Made by a program: the position numbers and the translations under genes
Shown here: positions 50,555-61,660 of the stretch, one piece after another
Layout: every line of letters begins with the position of its first letter
Numbering within the stretch: position 1 is the stretch's first letter
Assembly: GCA_963830365.1 (NCBI GenBank)
Contig: CAWHMU010000031.1
Location: forward strand, 1-64,000
Direction of reading: 5' to 3'
Source: an uncultured Chlamydiae bacterium
GTDB lineage: Bacteria; Chlamydiota; Chlamydiia; Chlamydiales; Parachlamydiaceae
Length of the DNA: 64,000 nt
The notes under the pieces: generated by a model
Database searches by the model: none
Told to the model about the DNA's origin: nothing
Seen by the model: only the letters and a program-made list of their open reading frames with translations

Positions 50555-51253
50555 TTAAAAAATCCCGCCTTGCTGGCGCAGCGACACATAGCCTTGTGCG
50601 CCGATGATCAGGTGGTCGTTGACAGGGATGCCAATGACATGTCCCACATCGATCAGCTTGCGTGTCAATTCAAAGTCTTGCTTGGATGGCGTTAAATCAC
50701 CGCTGGGATGATTGTGCACAAGGATTAGGCTGACGGCCTTGTGGCGAATGGCAGGATAAAAAACTTCCCTGGGATGCACCAGCGCCTGCGTGAGGGTGCC
50801 TATGGCGATGACGTGGTGCCCCAAGGAACATCCCTTGACATCCTGCAAAATAATAATGAAAAGCTCCCGTTTTTCGGCTTGCAGCTCGTCTTTGACAAGA
50901 TTGTAGGCATGCACGGGATGTTCGATTTTGTATTTGGCACCGATATTGTTACGTGACAAGCGCAAGCTAAGACTGAAGGCGGCTTTCAGCTGAATCGCCT
51001 TGGCAAGCCCTATGCCTTTCACCTGGCAAAGCTCCTGCACGGTGGCCTCCGCCAGCTGTTGTAAACTGCCGAAGCGAGTGATCATCACCTGTGCCAGCTG
51101 CAAAACGGGGGCGCTTTTGGTGCCGCTGCCCAAAATAAGAGCTATCAATTCTGCCGCTGATAGAGCTTCTGTGCCATGACGCAGCAGCCTTTCTCTTGGG
51201 CGCTCGGCTTCAGGGAGCTGCTGGATGGAATATCGCTGTGTAAACTCATCCAT
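50555..51253 (-). CDS. radC: RadC family JAB-domain protein
   Basis: ERPRERL, HhH VKGIGLAKA, VHPREVF, HNHPSGD, DHLII. Confidence 0.95.
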   Translation of the reverse strand: MDEFTQRYSIQQLPEAERPRERLLRHGTEALSAAELIALILGSGTKSAPVLQLAQVMITRFGSLQQLAEATVQELCQVKGIGLAKAIQLKAAFSLSLRLSRNNIGAKYKIEHPVHAYNLVKDELQAEKRELFIIILQDVKGCSLGHHVIAIGTLTQALVHPREVFYPAIRHKAVSLILVHNHPSGDLTPSKQDFELTRKLIDVGHVIGIPVNDHLIIGAQGYVSLRQQGGIF

Positions 51254-51294
51254 GAATTTCACCCATGACTTTCACCCATGACTCACTGCCCTGT

Positions 51295-52620
51295 CTATGC
51301 CATGTATTTGCTGAGTCTTTGGGCCACATTGGCCGGCAGATCGACCTTTAAAATCACATCATTTTCCTCATAATCCTGGCTGATGACATTCCCGAGGCTC
51401 ATCGCCTCGCTTACCACCCCGTAGTCGCTCTGAGGGATGCGCAGGTTGACAATAGCACGATGCTGGATGAGTTCCTGGATCATCAGTTCATACAGATCAT
51501 CAAAGCCTAGGCCGTTCAGGGCCGATATCGTGACCACCTTTGGATATTTGATCTTCAGGCGGCTGATTATGGTGGTGTCTTGGCAAAGATCAATCTTATT
51601 GAGCACTGTGATGATCGGCTTGCCTTCGGCATTAAGCTCTTTCAACACTTCAAAAGTCGTTGCCGCCTGTTCTTCCGCCATGGGGTGGCTGGCGTCGACA
51701 AGATGCAGCAGGATGTCGGCTTCAAAAGCCTCCTCAAGAGTGCTTTTGAAGGCTGCGACAAGCAGGTGCGGCAGCTTTCTGATGAAGCCCACGGTGTCAA
51801 TGAGTAGAATCTCTTGATTATTGGGCAGCAGGAACTTGCGCGTAGTGGTATCAAGCGTGGCAAAAAGCTTGTTTTCGACAAAGACGCCGGCCTGGGTTAT
51901 GGCGTTGAGCAAAGTGGATTTGCCCACATTGGTATAGCCGATGATGGCAAAGACCGGGATTTCAGAGCGCTGGCGTGAGGTGCGCTGGGTTTCGCGGATA
52001 GCTTTGACCTCTTCAATCTCCCTTTGCAAAAGATCGATCCTACGCTTTAAAATACGGCGGTCGATTTCAATCTGTTTTTCCCCCTCCCCCTTGGTATATC
52101 CTCCGCCCGAACCAGAGGAGCCGCCGGACCCATGCTGGCGCGATAGATGCGTCCACAGACGCTTTAAGCGAGGCGCCTGGTAACGCACCTGGGCAAGCTC
52201 GATTTGCAGTCGCGCCTCTTTGGTCTGGGCGCGCTGGGCAAAAACCCCCAGAATGACTTCTGTGCGGTCGATGACAGATAGGCCGAAAGCTTTTTCCAGA
52301 TTGCGCTGCTGGCTGGGGGCGATTTCATCATCAAAAATGATGATATTAGCGTTATGTTCCTGCGCCAGATCGACCAGTTCCTGCAATTTCCCTTCAGTCA
52401 CATAGGTAGCAGCATCATAACGGCGAATGATACAAGAGACTTTATGCAACACTTGGACACCGAAAGTTTCGGCCAGCAATGCCAATTCCTGCAAATGCTC
52501 GGCGCAGATGGCGCGTTGGAGCGGTCCGCCGCCTTTAATGACAGACACCAGCAGGGCGCGCAAGGGTTCTTTTTCAAAGAATTGAATCGATTCTTGCCCG
52601 GCAGTTATTTCAGTTAGCAT
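51295..52620 (-). CDS. hflX: GTPase HflX
   Basis: GYTNVGKST, FATLDTT, DTVGF, NKID. Confidence 0.96.
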   Translation of the reverse strand: MLTEITAGQESIQFFEKEPLRALLVSVIKGGGPLQRAICAEHLQELALLAETFGVQVLHKVSCIIRRYDAATYVTEGKLQELVDLAQEHNANIIIFDDEIAPSQQRNLEKAFGLSVIDRTEVILGVFAQRAQTKEARLQIELAQVRYQAPRLKRLWTHLSRQHGSGGSSGSGGGYTKGEGEKQIEIDRRILKRRIDLLQREIEEVKAIRETQRTSRQRSEIPVFAIIGYTNVGKSTLLNAITQAGVFVENKLFATLDTTTRKFLLPNNQEILLIDTVGFIRKLPHLLVAAFKSTLEEAFEADILLHLVDASHPMAEEQAATTFEVLKELNAEGKPIITVLNKIDLCQDTTIISRLKIKYPKVVTISALNGLGFDDLYELMIQELIQHRAIVNLRIPQSDYGVVSEAMSLGNVISQDYEENDVILKVDLPANVAQRLSKYMA

Positions 52621-52626
52621 GTTACC

Positions 52627-53439
52627 TCATAGAAATTGAGTATTGGCGTTATCGGTTTGAAATTCAAGTTTCAAACCATCATACGCCATGCGGATATTGT
52701 CAGGCAAATACGCATTTGTTTTGTCGTAATCGAGTTCATGCGAAATATGCGTCAGCCATGTCTGCCGCGCGCCAACGCGGCCGGCAAAATCGATGGCTTC
52801 GTCCACGCTAAAATGCATATGCGACGATGGAAAGCGCAAGGCGCTTATAATCAATGTTTTAACACCATCTAAATCTTCGAAAATCGTTTCCGGATAGTGG
52901 CGGATATCAGACACATACGCCAAGTCGCCCAAACGGAAGCCATCCACGCGCATCCCCCCCTGGCCATACGCAAAATGAGTGAGAGTTATGCCCTGGAAAT
53001 GGCACTTTCCCCTATCACTCTCAAGCACATGTATATCAAAACGGGAGAGTCCTTTTCCGTTGGGGTCCTCATCAGGGAATAGGTAATAAAAGCGCCGTTT
53101 GATATCGGCCAGCGTTTCCGCCGATAATAGCAAAGGCAGCGTTTTTTCACTGCGGAAATAGATCGCGCGCAAGTCATCAATGCCTGCTGAATGGTCACTA
53201 TGCGCATGTGTCAAGATCACCCCATCCAGATGATCGATGTGATGCGTCAATGCCTGGATCCTGAAATCAGGTCCGCAATCAATCAAAATGCACTTCTTGC
53301 CAAAACAACATAAGGCCGAGGATCGCAGGCGTTTATTATATGTCGATTGGGAAAGACATACCGGGCAAGTGCAACCAATGACAGGCACGCCCATGGAGGC
53401 GCCGGTGCCTAATAAAGTGAAATGCCCTCTAATATTCAT
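52627..53439 (-). CDS. MBL-fold metallo-hydrolase (PhnP/YycJ-like)
   Basis: LGTGASMGVPVIGCTCPVC, THAHSDH, THISH. Confidence 0.9.
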   Translation of the reverse strand: MNIRGHFTLLGTGASMGVPVIGCTCPVCLSQSTYNKRLRSSALCCFGKKCILIDCGPDFRIQALTHHIDHLDGVILTHAHSDHSAGIDDLRAIYFRSEKTLPLLLSAETLADIKRRFYYLFPDEDPNGKGLSRFDIHVLESDRGKCHFQGITLTHFAYGQGGMRVDGFRLGDLAYVSDIRHYPETIFEDLDGVKTLIISALRFPSSHMHFSVDEAIDFAGRVGARQTWLTHISHELDYDKTNAYLPDNIRMAYDGLKLEFQTDNANTQFL

Positions 53440-54023
53440 AAGGATGGTACAAAAAGTTGCTGGATTTGCTGGTAGATGCCCTGATGATGGAAATAAGCCC
53501 AGCCTTCACTATCACGATGCTCCCTCAGTTGAATGCGATAGTAATTGCCTTCCCCTGCAAAGTCCACATTTAAAAAATCCATTGACGCTACCTTTCCCGC
53601 TTCCCCCTGCCTCGCTTTCAAGATGATCGTGGCGGCATGGCCGCGGTTGAATGCATTTTTAACATCATCCGACACATCGGTTAAACTGGCATCATCGTCA
53701 ATCAACAGGTAAAAATCTGCATATTTCAACATATCGACCGCAATGCGCTGCCATTGCTGCTTGGCTGCATCGAAGTATGAAAAATCGATGCCGTCAAAAA
53801 CAAATGGCAAATTATTGGCGCCGCGTATCGTAGCTTCGCTATAACGCATTGACAACAGGTTGGCTGGTGCTAACAAGGCGTTTTTGGCCAGATATGCACC
53901 CGGCGGATTGTAGTAATAGAGCATGCCGAAGGCCAGCGCCAAGGCCGCCGCAATGCCGGAACCAAAAACCAGCAGCAAATTGCGTATCTGCGTTGGCTTT
54001 GAAGAATCGTGAATTTCAGCCAT
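53436..54023 (-). CDS. Hypothetical protein with N-terminal membrane anchor
   Basis: Single hydrophobic helix; stop overlaps the next start codon. Confidence 0.7.
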   Translation of the reverse strand: MAEIHDSSKPTQIRNLLLVFGSGIAAALALAFGMLYYYNPPGAYLAKNALLAPANLLSMRYSEATIRGANNLPFVFDGIDFSYFDAAKQQWQRIAVDMLKYADFYLLIDDDASLTDVSDDVKNAFNRGHAATIILKARQGEAGKVASMDFLNVDFAGEGNYYRIQLREHRDSEGWAYFHHQGIYQQIQQLFVPSL

Positions 54024-54105
54024 GCGTTACATACCTTTTAATGAGTCCCCTTAAGATACAAAAAATTGCTGTAAACGCAAAGCACAAAGATTCTAAAACC
54101 AGCGC

Positions 54106-56040
54106 TTAATCATCTGATTTAAATAAATTGATGATACCGCCGGCCAGCAGGATCTCCACTTGGCGCTGGCTAAGGGCGTGATTGGTCTGGTATTTTTCGC
54201 CGGTCGTCTTATTGACCACCTCGATGCTATTGCCATGCTTTAGCGTTTTGCGCAGATTGGCAATGGCCAAGATATCGCCTGGGCTGATTTTTTCGTAGTC
54301 GTTACGCTTAGCAAAAGACAGCGGCAAAATGCCGAAGTTGATGAGGTTCTGCCAGTGGATGCGGGCATAGCTTTTGGCCAGTACGGCTTTTACCCCTAGA
54401 TAGCGGCAGGCGATGGCAGCGTGTTCGCGGCTGGATCCTTGACCATAGTTCAACCCGGCGACTATAAAATGTCCTTTTTCATGCAGCTCCCAGGCGCGGT
54501 TATAGTAGCCATCATCGACCTGCGAAAAGGTAAACTTGCTGATTTCAGGGATATTGCTGCGGAAAGGCAAGACTTTGGCGCCGGCAGGCAAAATCTCATC
54601 AGTCGAGATATTGTTGCCGAGTTTTATGACGACGGCGCCCTCCAGGTGTTCCGGCAGTTTCCCAAAGGTTGGGATCGGCTTTATATTTGGGCCTTTTTCC
54701 AATTCCACTATAGTACCGGCAGGTGGTGGCGGCTGCATCATATCCATATTAATGGTTACTTTGGCAGGTTCCTGCACTTTGGGGTAGGGCATACCTAGAT
54801 CACGCGGATCGGTGATCACGCCTTTTAAGGCGGAAGCGGCAGCGGTCTCCGGACTGCATAGATAGACGGCATCTTCTTTCGTGCCGGAACGCCCAGGAAA
54901 ATTACGCGGCACGGTGCGCAAGCTGTTTTTGCCAGTCGCCGGCGCCTGCCCCATGCCGATACAGCCGTCGCAACCGGTCTGGTGGATGCGGCCGCCGGCG
55001 TGGATCAGCTTTTCCAGCATGCCGGTATGGGTCAAGTCTTCCAAGATCTGGCGCGAGGTAGGGTTTATATCAAACGACACGTGACTGTCGATCTGTTTGC
55101 CATCGACCATCATGGCCGAGATGGCGAAGTCCCGGTAACCGGGATTGGCAGAAGAGCCGATCATGGCCTGATAGAGCTCTCGGCCGGCAACTTCCTTGAC
55201 CGGCACCACATTATCCGGACTGCTAGGGCAGGCAATAAGCGGCACAAGCTCTGCTAGATTGATCTCTTCATCTTCGTCATAGCTGGCGGTGCGGTCGGCC
55301 ACAAGCTCTGTCCAGTCCTTTTCGCGGTGCTGCGATTTCAAAAACCGCTTCACCTCGCCATCAGAAGGAAATACAGACGTCGTGGCGCCAAGTTCTGCAC
55401 CCATATTGGCGATCACATGGCGGTCCATGGCAGACAGGCATTCCAGGCCCGGACCATAATACTCGATGATCCAGCCCACGCCCCCTTTAACACCATGGCG
55501 GCGCAAGAGTTCCAGAATGATATCCTTGGCGCTCACCCACGCAGGCAACTTACCGATGACTTTGACACCCCAGACCTTTGGCATCTTCAAAAAGAAAGGC
55601 TCCCCTGCCATCGCCAGCGCCACTTCCAGTCCACCTGCGCCTATGGCCAGCATGCCGATGGCGCCGGCGGCCGGCGTATGGCTGTCTGAACCCAGCAGTG
55701 TTTTTCCCGGGATGCCAAATCGCTCCATATGCACGGGATGGCTGACGCCATTTCCCGGCCGGCTGTACCATATGCCAAAGCGCTGACAGGCCGACTGCAG
55801 AAAGATATGGTCGTCGGCGTTTTTGTAGTCTTCTTGCAAAAGGTTGTGGTCGACATATTGCACCGAAAGCTCTGTCTTGACCCGCTCGAGACCCATGGCC
55901 TCAAGCTCCAGCATGACCAGTGTGCCGGTGGCATCCTGCGTCAGCGTCTGGTCGATCTTGATGGCGATCTCCTCACCGGCCACCATCACCCCTTCGACTA
56001 GATGCTTTTCTATTAGCTTTTGTGTCACATTTTTGCCCAT
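54106..56040 (-). CDS. Aconitate hydratase
   Basis: QDATG, DSHT, CDGCIGMG, RNFPGR, ISTDEI, GQGSSREHA. ATG at 56040. Confidence 0.92.
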   Translation of the reverse strand: MGKNVTQKLIEKHLVEGVMVAGEEIAIKIDQTLTQDATGTLVMLELEAMGLERVKTELSVQYVDHNLLQEDYKNADDHIFLQSACQRFGIWYSRPGNGVSHPVHMERFGIPGKTLLGSDSHTPAAGAIGMLAIGAGGLEVALAMAGEPFFLKMPKVWGVKVIGKLPAWVSAKDIILELLRRHGVKGGVGWIIEYYGPGLECLSAMDRHVIANMGAELGATTSVFPSDGEVKRFLKSQHREKDWTELVADRTASYDEDEEINLAELVPLIACPSSPDNVVPVKEVAGRELYQAMIGSSANPGYRDFAISAMMVDGKQIDSHVSFDINPTSRQILEDLTHTGMLEKLIHAGGRIHQTGCDGCIGMGQAPATGKNSLRTVPRNFPGRSGTKEDAVYLCSPETAAASALKGVITDPRDLGMPYPKVQEPAKVTINMDMMQPPPPAGTIVELEKGPNIKPIPTFGKLPEHLEGAVVIKLGNNISTDEILPAGAKVLPFRSNIPEISKFTFSQVDDGYYNRAWELHEKGHFIVAGLNYGQGSSREHAAIACRYLGVKAVLAKSYARIHWQNLINFGILPLSFAKRNDYEKISPGDILAIANLRKTLKHGNSIEVVNKTTGEKYQTNHALSQRQVEILLAGGIINLFKSDD

Positions 56041-56327
56041 ACGCCCCAACCTTTGTTAGATGTATGTTGTATAACAAATATTTATTTTAATTGCGAATCA
56101 AGCGAAATTTATACCACAGAGACACAGTGATAAAATGAGTGATATGAACGCTTTACTGTCGTTCCAAGCACCGGAATTGTCCGCTTCGTCCGCTCTGTCT
56201 GCTTCGCCGTATCGTCCGTCAATTTTGGGTTATCGAACCATTTAGCACGGCCGGGCAATTTTTTACTGGCCACAAACGAAGTTAGTGTCTAAAATTTCAT
56301 AACAAACACATAACCAAACGATTATCT

Positions 56328-57314
56328 ATGCGCATAGCAGTCATCGGCGCCGGTTTTTGCGGCCTGGCCACCGCCTGGCACCTGTCCCAACATAAAGATA
56401 ATGAAGTGGTCCTCTTCGATGCCAAAGGCATCGGCAAAGGCGCCTCGGGGGTGGCCGCTGGCCTGCTGCACGGCTATGTCGGCGCGCATGCCAAACTCAA
56501 TTGGCATGCTGTTGAAGCCATGCAAGCCACCAAAGAGCTGCTGGCGGTGGCAGAAAAAGCGCTCGGCATGCCCGTCGCAGAGGCCCAAGGGATGCTAAGG
56601 CCGGCCCTCACGCCGCTGCAAGTATCCGATTTTCAACTTAGTGCCAGCGCATATGCTGATGACGTCCACTGGCGCACGGCCGCCGAATGCCAGGCACGGA
56701 TGCCCCTACTTGTGCCCAATCCCGGCATTTTTATCGATTCGGGGATGGTGGTGGACTGCCCCGCCTACCTGCAAGGACTTTGGCTGGCCTGCGCCGCGCG
56801 CGGCGTGAGTTTGGAGCTGGCCTCTATCACTTCGCTTCAAGATTTGGATGGCTACGACCGCATCGCAGTCGCCATCGGCGCAGCCACGCTCACCTTGCCA
56901 GAGCTGGCCCATCTGCCCTTAAGGCTCATCAAAGGACAGGTGTTAGAGCTGGCATGGTCTGAAAGTATGCCGCCGTTGCCATTTCCGGTAAATTCCTTAG
57001 CCTATCTATTAATGAATCCAAATGGCGGCAGCTGCATGGCAGGCGCCACCTATGAGCGCAACTTCACTAGCAGCGCCCCGGATCAAGCCTTCGCCGCACA
57101 GGATATCTTGCCAAAGATTAATGCCTTCACCACAGGCTTAGACGACGCCGCCATCATAGACTGCCGCAGCGGCGTGCGCGCCATGTCGACCCACCGCAAG
57201 CCCATCCTCACTAAAGTTTTGGACAACTGCTGGGTGCTGACCGGTATGGGTTCGAAAGGGCTGCTCTACCACGCCCTCTATGCCAAGGAACTGGCCGCGC
57301 AGATCATAGCTTGA
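56328..57314 (+). CDS. FAD-dependent oxidoreductase (DAO/D-amino-acid dehydrogenase family)
   Basis: IAVIGAGFCG, GASGVAAGLL, KGQV, TGMGSKG. Confidence 0.88.
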   Translation: MRIAVIGAGFCGLATAWHLSQHKDNEVVLFDAKGIGKGASGVAAGLLHGYVGAHAKLNWHAVEAMQATKELLAVAEKALGMPVAEAQGMLRPALTPLQVSDFQLSASAYADDVHWRTAAECQARMPLLVPNPGIFIDSGMVVDCPAYLQGLWLACAARGVSLELASITSLQDLDGYDRIAVAIGAATLTLPELAHLPLRLIKGQVLELAWSESMPPLPFPVNSLAYLLMNPNGGSCMAGATYERNFTSSAPDQAFAAQDILPKINAFTTGLDDAAIIDCRSGVRAMSTHRKPILTKVLDNCWVLTGMGSKGLLYHALYAKELAAQIIA

Positions 57315-58131
57315 TAGCCCTGAGGCTTTTCTGCACGAGCACATGCGCTTCGGCGGCGAAGTTGAAGAAGAAGACGACCGTTGGCGATAAAACGGCAGTG
57401 AATGGGATCATGATAAAGAACCACTGCATCACGTTGTGCAGGGGGTTTTCACACACATAGCACACCGATCCCGTCAGAAATGCCGCCAGCACCAATAGGG
57501 CTCCCAAAGCCAGCATGGGCAGGATGGCCAGCATTGACAACAAGAGGTTGGTGAAAATATCCTTTTTCAGCCGCTTGACAAGCGTCTGCGTGACGCGAAT
57601 GCGGTTGAGCCCTCTGAGCGCGATGATGGGGGTCACATAGAACAGCATGGCAATATTTAGCAGGCAGAGTACAAGAGTTGCCAAATTCAATATAAACGGC
57701 GCAAAGGATAACAGCACCCCGACAACCTCGCCAATACCGGGCGTCTGTCTCAGCAGCACAAAGATACCCAGCATGATCCACAGCAAAAGGTAGCTCAGGA
57801 TGATGGGGATGGAGAAATAGGAAGCGCCGATGACAACATCCAACGAGTTGCTCAAAATCTCGCGATATTTTACCGGCTTCAGCTTCACCTCATCGTGATA
57901 GATGCGGGTTAGCACGATACCGAGCGAGAGCAGCACACCGGCACAAAGGAAAAAAGGCAAAAAGGTGAGGCTCATCACCACCCATTGGCCGGCACCAATG
58001 GCGGCTCCGCGAAAAAAAACGACCAGCAGCCCGCATAGCGCCAGCACAGTAAATGCCAGCAAAAGTTTTTTCTTGGAAAATGTCAGGGAAACAGCCCGAT
58101 TAAAGATAAATTGGATATCGCTTAAATTCAT
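57304..58131 (-). CDS. Integral membrane hypothetical protein
   Basis: About six hydrophobic helices; start overlaps the gltA stop. Confidence 0.75.
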   Translation of the reverse strand: MNLSDIQFIFNRAVSLTFSKKKLLLAFTVLALCGLLVVFFRGAAIGAGQWVVMSLTFLPFFLCAGVLLSLGIVLTRIYHDEVKLKPVKYREILSNSLDVVIGASYFSIPIILSYLLLWIMLGIFVLLRQTPGIGEVVGVLLSFAPFILNLATLVLCLLNIAMLFYVTPIIALRGLNRIRVTQTLVKRLKKDIFTNLLLSMLAILPMLALGALLVLAAFLTGSVCYVCENPLHNVMQWFFIMIPFTAVLSPTVVFFFNFAAEAHVLVQKSLRAIKL

Positions 58132-59309
58132 TAACTTACCACCTCGCGCGGCTTAAACAGGTACTTGGGTCTCACAATGGGCGTGCCTTTGCCGCCGCGC
58201 GCTTCGCAACGCTCATAGACAATCTGAATGGCGATGCCTACCACCCGCGCCAGACCAAACAGCACAGTGAAATATTCCGGATAGGGGAATCCGGCAGCCG
58301 TCAATAGCACCCCAGAAATCGCATCCACATTAGCATAAGGATCGGCAATCTTGGGATTGTCTTTAAGCACTTTAGGACCCACCTCCCGCAAAAGACCGGC
58401 TATTTTCACCAGCGGGTGATTAGGATATTTGCGTTGCGCTTTGGCGTACAGCACGCTCGCGCGGGGATCTTCCACACGTAGCACGGCATGCCCAAAACCA
58501 TAGATCAGCTGATTGTCTGCTATGCGCAGGCGCAGCCATGCTTCCAGCTGTTCAGCTGTGACCTCAGCGCCCAATTCCTTGAGGATCAGTTGCACCAGCT
58601 CAAGGCTGTCTTGGTTCGCCCGACCATGCCTTGGGCCTGCCAAGGCGCACATAGCCGCCGATATCGAGCCATACATATCCTCAAGCCCGGAAGCTACCGC
58701 TTTGCCAACAAAAGTCGATAAGTTGCCCCCGCCATGATCATAATGCAGCACATTGAAAAGCTTAAAAGTCTTGGTCAGTTCTTCGACATCGCCATTGGGG
58801 ACATTGAGCATCTGCGTAAAATTTTCCATATAGCCGAGTTCTGGGCGCGAAGGCTTTGTTTCACCCCAGCCGGCATGATGGTTGATGACGGTGGCGGCAA
58901 TTTCCGGGATTTTGGCGATTAGATTCAGGCAATCCTCGCGGTAATCGTCCTTGCCTTCGAGCATACCGCAGATGAGCAAAGCCGCACAAAAAAGTTTCAT
59001 GGCATGTCCGCGGCTGGGCAATAGCTGGATATGCTTAGTGACATCGGCGGAACATTTGGCGCGCTTGCGTAAATCGGCCGCGAATTCCTGAACTTCGCTT
59101 TCAGAGCCTTCTTTCCCGTTATAGAGGAGATAGATGACGCGTTCCGGCGCCCAGGCGGCAATATCTGCCAGGCAGTGGCCAACATAAAACAGCCCCTTGA
59201 CGGGATCTACAGTCGATGTTGTGCAATAGCCAACAGGAAAACCTCTCAAACCAGTCTCTAGATGCTCTTTCTTGATTTCGAAGAGCACTTCAGGATTACT
59301 ATCGGCCAT
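58131..59309 (-). CDS. gltA: Citrate synthase
   Basis: GLRG, DHGGGNLSTF, LAGPRHGRAN, GFGHAVLRVEDPR, ANVD. Confidence 0.95.
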   Translation of the reverse strand: MADSNPEVLFEIKKEHLETGLRGFPVGYCTTSTVDPVKGLFYVGHCLADIAAWAPERVIYLLYNGKEGSESEVQEFAADLRKRAKCSADVTKHIQLLPSRGHAMKLFCAALLICGMLEGKDDYREDCLNLIAKIPEIAATVINHHAGWGETKPSRPELGYMENFTQMLNVPNGDVEELTKTFKLFNVLHYDHGGGNLSTFVGKAVASGLEDMYGSISAAMCALAGPRHGRANQDSLELVQLILKELGAEVTAEQLEAWLRLRIADNQLIYGFGHAVLRVEDPRASVLYAKAQRKYPNHPLVKIAGLLREVGPKVLKDNPKIADPYANVDAISGVLLTAAGFPYPEYFTVLFGLARVVGIAIQIVYERCEARGGKGTPIVRPKYLFKPREVVS

Positions 59310-59348
59310 ATGATTCTCTCCTAACTATGGAAAAGCTGTTTATATTTA

Positions 59349-60347
59349 TTACCGGCTGCCGAGCATCGTTGAGACAAAGGCACGCTCGTCGATCAATTCC
59401 TTTTCCGAGGCTTTGATCTTATCGCTAATGAATGCATTTAACGGTACATCTTTCACGATCTCATAAGCGCCATCGCCTGTCGAGCGGCAGGGAAAGGAAA
59501 AGACCAGCCCCTCATCGATATCGTAGGGATTGCCGCCGCTATAGACGCCGCTTGAAAACCACTCGCCAGGTGGTGTTGGAGTTTCCAAAGCCTTGATGGC
59601 ATCAATCACGGCATTGGCGGCCGATCCGGCCGACGATTTGCCTCTAGCGGCAATGACTTCCGCGCCGCGCTTCTGTATTTTGTAAATAAATTCCCCTTCC
59701 AGCCAGGCGCGGTCGCTAATGACCTCTATCACCGGACGCCCATGGATGTTCGCGTTGAAAAAATCGGGTACCTGCGTAGTCGAATGGTTGCCCCAGATGG
59801 TCATCTTGGTGACATCGTTGACCTGTACTTCAGCCTTGCGGGCTAAGAAACCGACAGCTCGATTTTGATCCAAACGCATCATGGCATGGAAATTCTGCCG
59901 CGGAATGCGAGGCGCGTTATGCATGGCGATCAGGCAGTTGGTATTACAGGGATTACCAACCACCAGCACCTTGACATTTTCATCGGCTACAGCATTAAGC
60001 GCCTGTCCCTGCTGCACGAAGATTTTGCCGTTATCTTTCAGCAGGTCGGCCCGCTCCATGCCGGGACCGCGCGGCGTGGCGCCAACCAGCAGAGCATACT
60101 GCACCCCTTTGAATACCTCCATAGGACTGCTGCCGATATGGATCTCTCTCAGCAAAGGGAAAGCGCAATCTTCAAGCTCCATCTTGACGCCGTCGAGCGT
60201 TTTGAGCACTTCGGGCAATTCAAGAATATGCAGCGCGATGGGTTGATCCTTGCCAAACATCTCTCCGGCGGCAATGCGGAACAGCAAGTTATAGGCGATC
60301 TGGCCGCCACCACCTGTCACCGCAATGCGTTTTAGCGTCTTGGCCAT
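59349..60347 (-). CDS. mdh: Malate dehydrogenase
   Basis: [42 protein letters not shown]. Confidence 0.96.
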   Translation of the reverse strand: MAKTLKRIAVTGGGGQIAYNLLFRIAAGEMFGKDQPIALHILELPEVLKTLDGVKMELEDCAFPLLREIHIGSSPMEVFKGVQYALLVGATPRGPGMERADLLKDNGKIFVQQGQALNAVADENVKVLVVGNPCNTNCLIAMHNAPRIPRQNFHAMMRLDQNRAVGFLARKAEVQVNDVTKMTIWGNHSTTQVPDFFNANIHGRPVIEVISDRAWLEGEFIYKIQKRGAEVIAARGKSSAGSAANAVIDAIKALETPTPPGEWFSSGVYSGGNPYDIDEGLVFSFPCRSTGDGAYEIVKDVPLNAFISDKIKASEKELIDERAFVSTMLGSR

Positions 60348-60377
60348 AAAATTAATCTCCCTTTGACGTTATATTGC

Positions 60378-60406
60378 ATTCTACGTATCAAAAAGATATT
60401 AGGCAA
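60378..60406 (-). promoter_or_regulatory. Sigma70/sigma66-type promoter for mdh-gltA
   Basis: TTGCCT-N17-TAGAAT on the minus strand. Confidence 0.55.
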
Positions 60407-60431
60407 AAAAAAGTTTATCTTTCGCTAAATG

Positions 60432-61292
60432 TCAGTTCTTACGGCCGTCAAGGTGGAAGATATAATCTCCATCCTGCAGATCGCCATAGAGATAGGTGCC
60501 GAAAGGCTTGTGCCCTTCATCGATACCAAGACTCCAGACAGACTCCCGCAAAGCCGGATTTAGCATCCCTTCCATGAAACAATAGGAGCATTTGGGCAAA
60601 ACGAAGTCCTTATAATATTCCACCGACGCCACATGCGCCTGGTCGGTCCAGCCGCATGAACGGCATAGCGGTACGAAATGGATGCCGTCGATCACCTCGT
60701 CGACATGCAAGGTGTACCAACTAGACTCCCCGTTTATCCCCCCCCATAAATTCACATATTTGATATTCGGATTGGCTACCATGGTGGCGACGATCCCATT
60801 GAGATCAAAGTCCTTCTTTAGAATCAGGTCATGCTGATGCATATATACGAACGGTGTATCCACATGCTTTAAAGCTTCGGCCACAGCACCGCACAGATGC
60901 ACCCAGGAGGGACAAATAACAAGTTCGGTATTGGTGAAATAGGGGTCCGTTTTCGTCAATTCCAGCACATTCTGCTTGAATTTGATATAGTTCTGGTGCT
61001 CTTTTGAGCCCACATGTTGCGGCCAGACATCGTCAAAAACAATAATTTTCTTGCACTGCGCCAATACCGGGTTGCGAAATAAGCTCGACTGTGCCGTATG
61101 CAGGCATTTTGTACTCGGGTTGGAGGCTATAGGACTTGTGGCCGTAATGACCGTGACTAATTTGGCTACAGTCTGGTCATCGTAGCTGACCCCATGCCAT
61201 TCAACCGCCCCGGCAGCGCATGTATTGGCATATGTAAAAGTCATCAAAGAGAGGGCCAGACCATAAAACGCTTGTCTTAAGTTAAGGTTCAT
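60432..61292 (-). CDS. Exported protein with possible GT-A glycosyltransferase fold
   Basis: Signal peptide; LVTVITATS, IIVFD and ALKHVDTPFVYMHQHD. Confidence 0.55.
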   Translation of the reverse strand: MNLNLRQAFYGLALSLMTFTYANTCAAGAVEWHGVSYDDQTVAKLVTVITATSPIASNPSTKCLHTAQSSLFRNPVLAQCKKIIVFDDVWPQHVGSKEHQNYIKFKQNVLELTKTDPYFTNTELVICPSWVHLCGAVAEALKHVDTPFVYMHQHDLILKKDFDLNGIVATMVANPNIKYVNLWGGINGESSWYTLHVDEVIDGIHFVPLCRSCGWTDQAHVASVEYYKDFVLPKCSYCFMEGMLNPALRESVWSLGIDEGHKPFGTYLYGDLQDGDYIFHLDGRKN

Positions 61293-61561
61293 GCAGGACT
61301 CCTAATATTTGCGTCGAGAGATTTCAGCAAAATTGAAAAAACAAATCGATAAAATATAAACATCCACCGATAAATGCAATGGAATAAATGTTTGATCAGC
61401 CAGGAATGGGACAGACAGATATACCAGCATCTAGTTGAAATTTGTTAATTAGTATTCAACAAGCACGCGTAACATATTCAGCTTAATTACTTATACAGCA
61501 TTAGTTATTCTTGATATTTCTATGGAAGGCGCAACTAAAAACACAACAAGCTAATATTTCC

Positions 61562-61590
61562 TTGATTTTTAATAGCCATGCGCTCATAAT
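61562..61590 (+). promoter_or_regulatory. Sigma70/sigma66-type promoter for the ferredoxin gene pair
   Basis: TTGATT-N17-CATAAT. Confidence 0.55.
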
Positions 61591-61660
61591 CTTGGCATAG
61601 ATATTATTAAGTTATTAAAAATCAAATATTTTCATCCCTTTTCCTGGAGTCATAAATCCC

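Noticed and set aside
51258..51283. 13-bp tandem duplication ttcacccatgact between hflX and radC
   Set aside because: Two copies only and no evidence of function.
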